A DNA stretch of 64,000 nt from Elusimicrobiota bacterium (GTDB taxonomy: Bacteria; Elusimicrobiota; Elusimicrobia; Elusimicrobiales; UBA9959): the NCBI GenBank assembly GCA_003450815.1, contig DMES01000002.1, positions 5,591 to 69,590 on the forward strand. Reading direction: 5' to 3'. Below are positions 32,523-42,787 of this stretch, in pieces (position 1 is the first letter of the stretch; every line of letters starts with the position of its first letter). The notes beneath the pieces are model-generated. The model was not told the origin of the DNA. It did no database searches and was given only the letters and a program-made list of their open reading frames with translations. The translations under genes were made by a program, and so were the position numbers.

Positions 32523-33452
32523 ATGAAACTGATAAGCATAGTCACCCATTGTTTTAATGAAGAGGGGAATGTCGGGCCGCTTTACACGCGGGTCAGGGAA
32601 ATATTCCAGAAACTTGGAACTTACAGGTATGAGCATATCTTCATCGACAACGCTTCAACGGATGGGACGCAGGCGGCGCTTAAAAAACTGGCCGCTTCCG
32701 ACTCGAATGTGAAGGTTATACTCAATACCAGAAACTTCGGAGTTGTGCGTTCCGCCTATCATGGTTTCCTGCAGGCTGGCGGCGATGCGGTGATCCCCAT
32801 TGCCGCTGATTTACAGGACCCGCCGGAACTGATAAACGATTTTTTGCGGGAATGGAAAAAAGGTTCCCTGGTGGTTTTGGGGATAAAAAACCGCAGCGAA
32901 GAGCCCGGTTTAATGTTTGCCGTGCGCAAGCTTTACTATAAGATCATAGGCAGTCTGGCTGAAATTAAGATCAACCAGAATAGCACCGGTTTCGGCCTTT
33001 ACGACCGGAAAACCCTTGTGGAACTAAAAAAATGGGAGGACCCCTATCCCTTTTTCAGGGGTCTTGTGTCCGAATTGGGTTTTGAGCCGGCGAAAGTGGA
33101 GTATTCTCAGCCGGTAAGAAAGAGGGGTGTTTCCACAAATAATTTTTACACGCTGTATGATATGGGTGTGCATGGGCTGATCAGCCATTCCAAGGTGCCG
33201 CTCCGCCTGGCGATCTTTATCGGATTTTTTCTCGCTATAGTAAATCTTATCGTGGCGCTGGGGTACTTTGTTTATAAATTGCTTTATTGGAACAGCTTTT
33301 CAATGGGTATCGCGCCGGCGGTCATAGGCCTGTTTTTCTTTTCTTCGGTCCAGCTCATTTTTCTGGGCATACTGGGGGAATATATAGCCGCCATATACAC
33401 GCAAACCCGAAAGCGGCCTTTAGTGATAGAAAAAGAGAGGATAAACTTCTGA
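32523..33452 (+). CDS. gtrB: GT2 polyprenyl-phosphate glycosyltransferase (GtrB/ArnC-like)
   Basis: ISIVTHCFNEEGNV, IDNASTDGT, ADLQDPPE, and two C-terminal TM helices. Confidence 0.75.
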   Translation: MKLISIVTHCFNEEGNVGPLYTRVREIFQKLGTYRYEHIFIDNASTDGTQAALKKLAASDSNVKVILNTRNFGVVRSAYHGFLQAGGDAVIPIAADLQDPPELINDFLREWKKGSLVVLGIKNRSEEPGLMFAVRKLYYKIIGSLAEIKINQNSTGFGLYDRKTLVELKKWEDPYPFFRGLVSELGFEPAKVEYSQPVRKRGVSTNNFYTLYDMGVHGLISHSKVPLRLAIFIGFFLAIVNLIVALGYFVYKLLYWNSFSMGIAPAVIGLFFFSSVQLIFLGILGEYIAAIYTQTRKRPLVIEKERINF

Positions 33453-33874
33453 ACAGGATTTTAGACTGTTCACGCAAGGTAAGGTTCCTTATTGTGGGCG
33501 TCTGGAACACGTTTTTCGGCTATGGCGTATTCTTTGTTATGGATACAGTTTTAGCCGCTTTGTTCCCTTCCCGACGGCTGGCCTATATGTCCGCCATTGT
33601 GGCGTCCAATATTATTGCCGTGTTAAACGCTTATATACTGCACCGGCGAATAACTTTCAGGTCCGCTTCCAAAGGGCGGCTGAAGTTGATGGAGTTTTTT
33701 AGATTCTGCGCCACTTACGCTTTTACAATGGGTTTGAGTATAGGTTTGATGCCGGTATTTGTGGAGCTGTTGCGCTTTTCTCCGAAGTCCGCTGGCTTGC
33801 TGGTTACCCTGCTGTGCGCTTTACTCAGCTATTTCAGCCATGCCAGATTTTCCTTCAAAGAGCCCATATCCTGA
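33449..33874 (+). CDS. gtrA: GtrA-family membrane protein (start codon uncertain)
   Basis: RFLIVGVWNTFFGYGVFF... with four hydrophobic segments. There is no ATG/GTG before the conserved N-terminus; the nearest in-frame candidate is CTG 33449, overlapping the gtrB stop. Confidence 0.55.
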   Translation: MNRILDCSRKVRFLIVGVWNTFFGYGVFFVMDTVLAALFPSRRLAYMSAIVASNIIAVLNAYILHRRITFRSASKGRLKLMEFFRFCATYAFTMGLSIGLMPVFVELLRFSPKSAGLLVTLLCALLSYFSHARFSFKEPIS

Positions 33875-34064
33875 AAAAAAACCAAAGAATTTGAGCGGCT
33901 GTTTAGTTGTTCCTCACTCACAGAGCACCTGTATGCCCGTTTTTCGCCTCGCATTTATCTCAAATCCAAGCCTCCAGCGCGGGCTTTATTAATGCAGGCC
34001 TCAGTAATGGTAAAATATAATCAGGGCGCGAAGCGGTTCCAGTTGCAACCATTCGGGTATATAA

Positions 34065-34601
34065 ATGCGCATAATAAATACGGGCTTAACAAGCGTTCAT
34101 ATAATAGAGCCTACTACGCATAAGGACCTGCGCGGATCTTTTGCCAAATTTTTTAATAGCCGGGAATTCGGGGAAGCCGGTCTTGAGCGCGATTTCAGAG
34201 AAAGTTATTACTCAGTATCGGCTAAAAATGTAATAAGGGGAATGCATTTCCAGGTCCCTCCGGCTGATCATTCCAAGCTGGTTTATGTTCCGCATGGCGC
34301 CATTCTGGATGTCGTTCTGGATATCCGTAAAAAATCAAAAACTTACGGCAAATTCATTGAAACCGAACTTTCCGGAAAAAACAGCAGGGTAATATATATC
34401 CCGAAAGGCTGTGCCCACGGCTTTTTGTCCCTGGAAGACGGTTCTGTATGCGTCTATATGCAGACCAGCGTTTATTCAGCTGCCAATGACTGCGGTATTA
34501 AATGGGATTCTTTCGGTATGGACTGGCCGTGCTCTAATCCAGGTCTTTCGGACAGGGACAGGTCTTTTTTGCCGCTTTGTGAATATACATCCCCGTTTTA
34601 G
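34065..34601 (+). CDS. Second RmlC-like NDP-sugar 3,5-epimerase (cupin)
   Basis: RGMHFQ, KLVYVPHGAILDVVLDIRKKSKTYG and IYIPKGCAHGF. Confidence 0.75.
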   Translation: MRIINTGLTSVHIIEPTTHKDLRGSFAKFFNSREFGEAGLERDFRESYYSVSAKNVIRGMHFQVPPADHSKLVYVPHGAILDVVLDIRKKSKTYGKFIETELSGKNSRVIYIPKGCAHGFLSLEDGSVCVYMQTSVYSAANDCGIKWDSFGMDWPCSNPGLSDRDRSFLPLCEYTSPF

Positions 34602-34604
34602 TGA

Positions 34605-35570
<966 letters not shown>

Positions 35571-35614
35571 TTATGCAACAAATGTTATGTTGGAGATCAT
35601 TGTTCCAAAAGTAG

Positions 35615-35748
35615 TGTAGTCGCAGAGCTTGCTCTGCCCAAAAAATCCAGCGGTAGGGATCTGCCGTGCTATTTGGCGGATACTCTGCCGGACAAGTCTA
35701 TCTATGCGTTCCGAACGCAAATTAGGCAAAGCAAGCTTTGCGACTACA
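35615..35748. repeat. Hairpin/TIR repeat family B, copy 1 (134 bp)
   Basis: The left end tgtagtcgcagagcttgctctgccc and right end ggcaaagcaagctttgcgactaca are inverted repeats. Each end is itself a palindrome. Confidence 0.85.
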
Positions 35749-35874
35749 TACAACTGGAAAACTGAATAAGCATTATGTCGCGTAATTAGTTTGTTGCGAT
35801 ACTAGCTCTGAAGCGCTGAAGTTCTGGAAGATTAAATCGAGCTATGCGTTCCTTTAAATTCACTTGAGCGACTA

Positions 35875-37728
35875 ATGAAAAACACCACCTTGTCCGGCGG
35901 GCTTTTAAGTTTACTGGTGCGCCTCTGGCGCCACCTGACCCGGCGCCGTCAGCGTCAGTTCGTGCTGTTATTGGGCCTTATGCTGGTCAGCGCGGTGGCG
36001 GAAGTTGTCAGCCTGGGCGCAGTGGTGCCGTTTCTGGCCATCCTCACCTCTCCGGAGCGGGTGTTCGCCTATCCTGTTGTGGCTAAGCTGGCGCTTACCT
36101 TTGGCATTACCTCCGCCTCGCAATTGCTGCTGCCCGTAACATTCGCGTTTGCCGCCGCCGCAGTAATAACCGGGGCTATCCGAATGTTTCTGTTGTGGGT
36201 CAGTACCCGGCTTACTTCTGCCAGCGGTTCAGAACTAAGCAGCGAGGTGTACCGCCGCACCCTCTATCAGCCTTATAGGGCGCATGTGGCCCGCAACAGC
36301 AGCGAAATTATCAGCGGCATCATTAACAAAGTAAACGGCGTGGTGTTCGGGGTTATGCTGCCATTGTTGATGCTGGTTAGTTCAACCATATTACTGGTGT
36401 CTATCCTGCTCGCTTTGATAGCCATTAATCCTTTGGCTGCTTTGGTGGCCACTGTCGGCTTCGGCGCAAGTTACGGCGTAATCACCTGGAGATACCGCCG
36501 ACGCCTGTATATAAATGGCCAGCGCATAGGTCATGAGCAAACCCAGGTGCTAAAAGCGCTACAGGAGGGGCTTGGCGGCATCCGTGATATTATTTTGGAC
36601 GGCGCGCAGCCTATATATTGCGACATATACCGGCAGGCAGACTTGCCGTTCCGGCAGTCGGCGGGGGACAACTCGTTCATAGGCCAAAGCCCCCGTTACA
36701 CTATGGAAGCCATAGGGATGGTTCTGATAGTTTCTTTAGCATATGGCCTCAGCCGTCAGGCGGGGGGGATAGCCACAGCCATGCCGGTGCTGGGCGCTCT
36801 GGCGCTCGGCGCGCAGCGCCTGTTGCCTGCCCTACATCAGATATACAGCGCCTGGACAAGCATTGCCGGCAACCAGGCACAATTGACGGATACCATAGAA
36901 ATGCTGGAACAACCGCTGCCTCTTGAGTTACAGCAGCCCGAACCGGAGCCGCTAGTCTTCAATGAGGCCATCCGCTTTGAAAGCGTTGGTTTCCGCTATA
37001 GCAAAGACGGTTCCTCGGTGCTGGACGGACTCACTTTTACCATTCCCAAAGGCGCCCGTGTCGGTTTTGTCGGGAGCACCGGCAGCGGCAAGAGCACCAC
37101 CCTTGACTTGCTGATGGGTTTGCTGACGCCCGATAGCGGTAAAATTCTGGTGGATGGCATACCCATCGCCGGTACCCGCAGGCGGGCTTGGCAGCGGGCT
37201 ATCGCGCATGTTCCGCAAAGCATCTACCTTGCAGATACCACACTGGCGGAGAACATAGCTTTCGGCGTGCCGCGGGCCGACATAAATATGGAGCTGGCGC
37301 GGCAGGCGGCCCGGCAGGCACGGATAGCTGATTTCATAGAAAGCAGGCCTGGTGGTTACAACGCCTATGTGGGGGAGCGGGGCATCCGTCTTTCAGGGGG
37401 AGAACGGCAGCGCATTGGCATTGCCAGGGCGCTCTACAAACAGGCCTGCGTGCTGGTGTTTGACGAGGCTACCAGCGCCCTGGATAGCGCTACCGAGCGG
37501 GCAGTGATGGACGCCATAGAAGGAGTCAACCGGGATGTTACCATTCTGCTGATCGCGCACAGACTTACCACCCTGCGGCGCTGCGACACTATTTTTGAAC
37601 TGGAACACGGCCGCGTGGCGGCGCAAGGCTCATACGAGCAATTGCTTGAATCAAGTCCGGCTTTCCGGCAGGCGGCTCAGGGGCCGCAGAGCCCGGAGCG
37701 GGGAGATAAACCCGAAGATCTTAACTAA
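35875..37728 (+). CDS. ABC exporter, fused TMD-NBD (MsbA/PglK-like)
   Basis: Six N-terminal TM segments, Walker A GSTGSGKST, signature LSGGERQR and Walker B VLVFDEATSALD. Confidence 0.85.
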   Translation: MKNTTLSGGLLSLLVRLWRHLTRRRQRQFVLLLGLMLVSAVAEVVSLGAVVPFLAILTSPERVFAYPVVAKLALTFGITSASQLLLPVTFAFAAAAVITGAIRMFLLWVSTRLTSASGSELSSEVYRRTLYQPYRAHVARNSSEIISGIINKVNGVVFGVMLPLLMLVSSTILLVSILLALIAINPLAALVATVGFGASYGVITWRYRRRLYINGQRIGHEQTQVLKALQEGLGGIRDIILDGAQPIYCDIYRQADLPFRQSAGDNSFIGQSPRYTMEAIGMVLIVSLAYGLSRQAGGIATAMPVLGALALGAQRLLPALHQIYSAWTSIAGNQAQLTDTIEMLEQPLPLELQQPEPEPLVFNEAIRFESVGFRYSKDGSSVLDGLTFTIPKGARVGFVGSTGSGKSTTLDLLMGLLTPDSGKILVDGIPIAGTRRRAWQRAIAHVPQSIYLADTTLAENIAFGVPRADINMELARQAARQARIADFIESRPGGYNAYVGERGIRLSGGERQRIGIARALYKQACVLVFDEATSALDSATERAVMDAIEGVNRDVTILLIAHRLTTLRRCDTIFELEHGRVAAQGSYEQLLESSPAFRQAAQGPQSPERGDKPEDLN

Positions 37729-37817
37729 GTTTTTTTTGGAAGGCTGAAACAGAAAATATATCAAAAGCAATAATTATCTTTCATCCCTCCGGCTGTAGAA
37801 CCCAGGCAAAATGCAGG

Positions 37818-37884
37818 TATGCATAAAATTTAACCTATAAGTGAAAAAATATGCATAAAAAGTTGATTACAGGTTAAATTTTAT
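37818..37884. promoter_or_regulatory. AT-rich region with a perfect 14-bp inverted repeat and an 11-nt direct repeat upstream of the ATPase gene
   Basis: ataaaatttaacct (37823-37836) pairs with aggttaaattttat (37871-37884). tatgcataaaa occurs at 37818-37828 and 37850-37860. Confidence 0.5.
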
Positions 37885-37896
37885 ATAGAATTGAAT

Positions 37897-39075
37897 ATGT
37901 TCAAAAAGCGCTATCTTACCAGCCACATAGCCGCCGACCTGGCGGAAAAGATGGTTTTTATCGGCGGTCCCCGCCAGGTGGGTAAAACCACTCTTTCAAC
38001 CGGCCTTCTTAAAGAATATTTTTCAGATATCGCCTATTTTCTTTGGGATAACAGACAAGACCGTAAAAATATGCTGGCATCAAATTGGCCCGGCTCCGCT
38101 CAGGTATTGGTGTTGGACGAACTGCATAAAATGAAGGGCTGGAAAGGCTACGTTAAAGGGGAGTACGACAAACTTAAAGACAGGTATAAATTTTTGGTAA
38201 CCGGCAGCGCCCGGCTGGATATATTCCGCAAGGGCGGGGATTCCCTGCAGGGCCGCTATCATTATTACAGGCTTCATCCTTTTACGCTGGCGGAAATGCT
38301 TCATGTGGATAATTCCGGCATTACGCCGTTTTCCGAGCTGGAAATTAAGCCGCACACCGCTATTTCCGAACTGGCCGCGCTTGAAAAATTCGGTGGCTTC
38401 CCTGAGACGCTTTCAAAGCAGAGCGAAACCTCACTGCGGCGCTGGCACAACGAGCGCGTTGAACGGGTTTTTCGTGAAGATATACGCGATGTGGAATTTG
38501 TGAGGGATATAAGTTCCATGAAGCTTTTGGGCGACATCCTGCCGGAAAGGGTGGGCGGGCTACTTTCAATAAATTCCCTGCGGGAAGATCTTAACGCCAG
38601 TCACGGCGCCGTGGCGCGCTGGGTGGAACTGCTTGAAACTTTTTATTACATTTTTAGAATTTATCCGTATGCCACCTCAAAGTATAAGTCAATGAAAAAA
38701 GAGCCCAAGGTTTACCTATGGGACTGGTCCGAAGCAGGCGATCCCGCCAAACGATTTGAAAATATGGTGGCTTCGCACCTGCTTAAGCTGGCGCACTTCC
38801 TGCGAGACAGGCATGGGTATAAAGCTGAACTTAATTTCCTGCGCGATCTGGACCGCAAGCGGGAAGTGGACTTTATTGTTTCTGTGGATAACAAACCATG
38901 GTTTAGCGTTGAGGCCAAATTGAGTGATGAGTCTGTCTCCCCGAATCTGGTTTACTTTAAAGAAAAACTGGCTATCCCGTTCAGCTATCAGGTTGTAGGC
39001 AAAAAAGGCGTTGATAGTCTAAAAGGCGGAATCCGCACTATTTCAGCGGACCGTTTTTTTGCGGCGTTGGTATAA
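37897..39075 (+). CDS. AAA-family ATPase with DUF4143-like C-terminal domain
   Basis: Walker A IGGPRQVGKTTL and Walker B VLVLDELH. The C-terminal region is typical of the AAA_14/DUF4143 architecture. Confidence 0.65.
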   Translation: MFKKRYLTSHIAADLAEKMVFIGGPRQVGKTTLSTGLLKEYFSDIAYFLWDNRQDRKNMLASNWPGSAQVLVLDELHKMKGWKGYVKGEYDKLKDRYKFLVTGSARLDIFRKGGDSLQGRYHYYRLHPFTLAEMLHVDNSGITPFSELEIKPHTAISELAALEKFGGFPETLSKQSETSLRRWHNERVERVFREDIRDVEFVRDISSMKLLGDILPERVGGLLSINSLREDLNASHGAVARWVELLETFYYIFRIYPYATSKYKSMKKEPKVYLWDWSEAGDPAKRFENMVASHLLKLAHFLRDRHGYKAELNFLRDLDRKREVDFIVSVDNKPWFSVEAKLSDESVSPNLVYFKEKLAIPFSYQVVGKKGVDSLKGGIRTISADRFFAALV

Positions 39076-39084
39076 GGCTGAAGG

Positions 39085-40773
39085 ATGAGGCAAAACACAC
39101 ATCAAAAGAAGGAATCGTCTTCAACCACCACTGATTCTGTTTGCGGAATTCAGGCCAAAGGGCTGGTCAGTGTGGGTTTGCCCGCGTATAACAGGCCGGG
39201 ACCCTTAAGACGGATGCTTGAAATTATCACCTCCCAGACATACCGCAATCTTGAGATAATAGTGTCGGATAACGCGTCTTCCGACAGTGGAGTGAAAGAA
39301 GTAGTGGAAGAGTTCCTTCTTTGTGACCCGAGAATTAAATATTACCGGCAGGAGCGGAACATCGGGCTGCTTCCCAACGCCGAATTCGTGCTTAAAAAAT
39401 CTACTGGCGAATATTTTACCTGGGTTTCTGATGACGATTGGCGCTCCCCGGAGTTTATAGAACTTCTTGTAGCGGAGCTGGAGAAAGATAAGGCGATAAA
39501 CCTGGCTTTCTGCGACTATCACGAAGTGCGCGAGGACGGCAGCCGGGCTACGGAATACCCGCCGACGCACCTGAAAGTTTTCAAGCCTTTTCAAAGCCGA
39601 TGCAGGCTTCTCAGAACGCTGTCATATTATTTGCAGGACGCGTTTCGCGGCAAGTGCAACCTTTTTTATTCGGTGTTCAGGAAGGCTGCGCTTGACACGC
39701 TTGACTTCAGGGAAATAAGCGGCAGCTATCTTAACATAAATACGGATAGCCTTCTGGTATTCAATATGCTGCAGAAGGGGCCGGCCGCCATAGTTTCCGA
39801 GGCCATGTGCACTCTTACCTGCGGGAATCAAAAACATTACGCGGGGGAGTTCGGCGGCCAGTGGGTAAGCGGCCGGAGTTTTTTTTGCAAATTCCGCGCG
39901 CTTTGGGCTGAGCATAGGCGGGACGCGGTTCTTTTTATAAAGAACGCGGAGTCGTTTACCGAAAAAATATTTATCGGGTCTGCTTTTCTGCCCAGGTTCG
40001 CGCTGTTCTTCTCCGCGGCGGCGGCTAGGAAAATATATAAGACGGCGGGTAAGGGCATCCCCGAAAGCGCGCAGGTTGAAGTTTCTGACCCGAAGGGATT
40101 GCAGCTTCCAAATGTCACGCTGGTGGCTATGGCAACCCGTAATGTGGAGGAAACAGTATGCGCCCTTGAGTATAGCTGCCGCGGAGTTAAATTCGGAAGT
40201 GTGAAACTGCTGTCGCATTATACTCCGCCCGGCCTCTGCAGGAATCCTGAAATAGAGTTTCTGCGCATAGAAAAGGCTAAAGATATAGATGAGTGGTCTT
40301 ACAATATAATTTACGGCCTTAATGTCCACATAAAAACGGATTTCGCGCTTTTGGTCCATGCCGACGGGTTTGTTGTTAACCCCGCTTCTTGGCGGAAAGA
40401 GTTTATGGATTATGATTATATAGGCGCCCCCTGGCCTCTGCCCACCGACGATTTTTCTTACCGCGATGTCAACGGAAATATTGTAAGAGTGGGCAACAGC
40501 GTTTCCCTGCGCAGCAAGCGCCTGCTGGAGCTGCCGGTGAAGCTGAACCTGCCCTGGGAGCCTTACCACGGTTTCTATAACGAAGACGGCTTTATCTGCG
40601 TTAAGAACAGGCATATCTACGAAGCCAACGGCATCAAGTTCGCGCCTCTTGAGGTGGCCAGATATTTTTCTCACGAGGCCATGATCCCTGAAGTCAAAGG
40701 GATAAAGCCTTTTGCTTTCCATAAATGGGCCGGCTCTAACAGTTGCTACCCAAGGTTTAAAGCCATATGCTGA
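39085..40773 (+). CDS. Two-domain glycosyltransferase (N-terminal GT2; C-terminal DUF5672-like)
   Basis: VSVGLPAYNRPGPLRRMLEIITSQTYRNLEIIVSDNASSD and SDDD. The C-terminal half (VTLVAMATRN...) resembles DUF5672. Confidence 0.6.
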   Translation: MRQNTHQKKESSSTTTDSVCGIQAKGLVSVGLPAYNRPGPLRRMLEIITSQTYRNLEIIVSDNASSDSGVKEVVEEFLLCDPRIKYYRQERNIGLLPNAEFVLKKSTGEYFTWVSDDDWRSPEFIELLVAELEKDKAINLAFCDYHEVREDGSRATEYPPTHLKVFKPFQSRCRLLRTLSYYLQDAFRGKCNLFYSVFRKAALDTLDFREISGSYLNINTDSLLVFNMLQKGPAAIVSEAMCTLTCGNQKHYAGEFGGQWVSGRSFFCKFRALWAEHRRDAVLFIKNAESFTEKIFIGSAFLPRFALFFSAAAARKIYKTAGKGIPESAQVEVSDPKGLQLPNVTLVAMATRNVEETVCALEYSCRGVKFGSVKLLSHYTPPGLCRNPEIEFLRIEKAKDIDEWSYNIIYGLNVHIKTDFALLVHADGFVVNPASWRKEFMDYDYIGAPWPLPTDDFSYRDVNGNIVRVGNSVSLRSKRLLELPVKLNLPWEPYHGFYNEDGFICVKNRHIYEANGIKFAPLEVARYFSHEAMIPEVKGIKPFAFHKWAGSNSCYPRFKAIC

Positions 40774-41759
40774 CCACGGAACTATATAACGGGCAGGGGC
40801 TTGGCAATCAATTGTGGAGTTATGTCGTAACAAGAGCGCTAGCCCTGGACAGGGGTCTTGATTTCGGGATAATGCGCCGGGAGAAGTTTAAAGGCGGGGA
40901 TTTTATGGGGCTGGATTTCGGAAAGCGCGTGGAAGGAGGCTCCGGGCCTGAGGGCGGTCCGCCGTCTTCGCTGCCGCGCGGGATTATTAATTACTATGTT
41001 GAAAAAGACATCTGGCATCCAGAGCACCATTGCGATATACGGGATTATGACCCGGGTTTGCCTGCTGTCCCTGATAACACAAAAATAGAGGGTCTTTTTC
41101 AGTCGGAAAAATACATAGCGCACAGGAAAAATGAGATCAGGGAATGGCTGCGGGTTAAGCCGGCTTTTGACTGCCGTGATTTCTCCGCCGAAAATATATG
41201 CATCCTGAATGTGAGGGGCGGGGAATATAAAGGCAATCCGGACCTGATACTGCCAAGAAAATACTGGACTGACGCCGTTGCCAATATGCTCCTGGTCAAC
41301 TCCAGACTTAAATTTGTGGTGATAACCGACGACGTGAAATATGCGGGTAACCTGCTGCCGGAATACAAGGCTTTCCACTTTGACATAGGCAAGGATTACT
41401 GCATTGTAAAGAATGCCAGATATCTTATACTTGCCAATTCAAGTTTTTCTTTTTTTCCGGCCTGGACCAGTGAGGCTGTAAAATATGTAATAGCCCCCAA
41501 GTACTGGGCGCGGCATAATGTTTCTGATGGGTTCTGGGCCTGTGCGTTCAATCTTTACCGGGACTGGCTATGGCAGGACCGCGACGGGAAACTGTTCACC
41601 TTTGAAGAATGTGAAAGCGAATATGCCGACTATAAGGTAGAAAACGGACTTGAGAAATTCGGCGACAAACCCCCTTCGCCGCGGCGGTCTTTACTTGAAA
41701 AATATGCCAGGGGAATTTTAGATGCCGCCTCAAAAGCCAAGCATCGTCTTCTGGATTGA
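40767..41759 (+). CDS. GT11-like (alpha-1,2-fucosyltransferase family) glycosyltransferase, divergent
   Basis: GLGNQLWSY, NVRGGEY (compare HVRRGDY) and ILANSSFSFFPAW. Confidence 0.5.
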   Translation: MLTTELYNGQGLGNQLWSYVVTRALALDRGLDFGIMRREKFKGGDFMGLDFGKRVEGGSGPEGGPPSSLPRGIINYYVEKDIWHPEHHCDIRDYDPGLPAVPDNTKIEGLFQSEKYIAHRKNEIREWLRVKPAFDCRDFSAENICILNVRGGEYKGNPDLILPRKYWTDAVANMLLVNSRLKFVVITDDVKYAGNLLPEYKAFHFDIGKDYCIVKNARYLILANSSFSFFPAWTSEAVKYVIAPKYWARHNVSDGFWACAFNLYRDWLWQDRDGKLFTFEECESEYADYKVENGLEKFGDKPPSPRRSLLEKYARGILDAASKAKHRLLD

Positions 41760-41849
41760 ATTGATGGGTTTATAAGTTGGCAGACTGGTAAAGTAAAAGA
41801 ATATAATCCCTTGTTGTTAGTGCGCGTGACAGAATAATATGGACAATGC

Positions 41850-41903
41850 TGTAGTTGCAGAGTTTACTCTGCCCAAAAAGGCAAAGCAAGCTTTGCCGCT
41901 ACA
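41850..41903. repeat. Hairpin/TIR repeat family B, copy 2 (minimal, the two ends abut)
   Basis: tgtagttgcagagtttactctgcccaaaaaggcaaagcaagctttgccgctaca. Confidence 0.85.
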
Positions 41904-41936
41904 AGGCTATGTCAGTGCCTATCTGCCGAAGGTGTT

Positions 41937-42758
41937 ATGACCGAACTTAAAAAAACCGATACTTTTTTTATAATATCCAACTTTAATACTGATCCCGGGC
42001 TGTATCTGGAGTATTGCGAGAATTATCACATATATGACCAGTCCACGGATCCGGCCATAAGGGAGACGCTTAAGGAAAAATACGCCAAAATATCCTTTGT
42101 GCAAAATACGGGGCATAATATTTCCGACTATTTCCAATTTTTTATTGATAACTATGAGAATCTGCCCTGCTGGATGATGCTTGCCAAGGGCAATATGATA
42201 GGGCGGCATGTATCGCAGAATTATTTTGAGAAGGTGTACGCCAACAAGCATTATACCTTCCTCTATGACGACCGGAGCAATAAAGACAAGCCCGGAGTGG
42301 CCTATCAGTTGTATGACGGCGCTTTTCTGGAAATCAATAACTCCTGGTATGTGCCTTTCCGGACCCATAGGTATTTTTCGGATTATAACGACCTTCTGCG
42401 TTTCGTCTTTAAGGACCCGATAGTGCCGCAATGGGTACTGTTCAGCCCGGGGGGATGTTATATTGTGTCCGCGGAGCAGGTGCGGAAATACCCCAGGGCT
42501 TTTTATGAAAATCTTCTGTGCCTGCTGAACTATATATACTTTCCCTCCGAAGCGCATCAGGTTGAGCGTATGCTGAATATAATCTTTGGCGCCAATTATG
42601 AAATAAATCCGTATATGAGCGACGTTTCCGCTTTCCGCATAAAGCTGGAGGAGCAGGCGAAGCTTAATACGAAAGCTGTCCAGGGCGGGGCGGCCTCTCT
42701 TAAGCGGCGTCTAAAAAACAGGTTTAACGATTTGTTGCACAGATTGATGTTCAGGTAA
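41937..42758 (+). CDS. Hypothetical protein (possibly DUF3431-like glycan-related enzyme)
   Basis: The ORF is 273 aa. NTGHNISDYFQFFIDNYENLP and AHQVERMLNIIFG loosely recall DUF3431. Weak. Confidence 0.3.
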   Translation: MTELKKTDTFFIISNFNTDPGLYLEYCENYHIYDQSTDPAIRETLKEKYAKISFVQNTGHNISDYFQFFIDNYENLPCWMMLAKGNMIGRHVSQNYFEKVYANKHYTFLYDDRSNKDKPGVAYQLYDGAFLEINNSWYVPFRTHRYFSDYNDLLRFVFKDPIVPQWVLFSPGGCYIVSAEQVRKYPRAFYENLLCLLNYIYFPSEAHQVERMLNIIFGANYEINPYMSDVSAFRIKLEEQAKLNTKAVQGGAASLKRRLKNRFNDLLHRLMFR

Positions 42759-42787
42759 TCTTCGGTATAATCAAGCGAGGTTAAAAA

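Noticed and set aside
33875-34064. Promoter in the 190-bp gap before the second RmlC-like gene (TTAATG-16-TAAAAT, or TATAAT near 34016).
   Set aside because: Several weak alternatives exist and none is close to consensus in both elements. This is not enough support to report as a feature.
39622-40833. Long minus-strand ORFs: 39622..40833 (403 aa), 15865..16833 (322 aa), 4978..5814, 62084..62872, 31938..32636, 2473..3156 and similar.
   Set aside because: Each lies antisense to a + strand gene with clear family motifs (GT2, rfbH, thrS, gap, radical SAM, copA). Their translations are low-complexity, Arg/Gly/Pro/Phe-rich and show no recognisable motifs. They are typical shadow ORFs.
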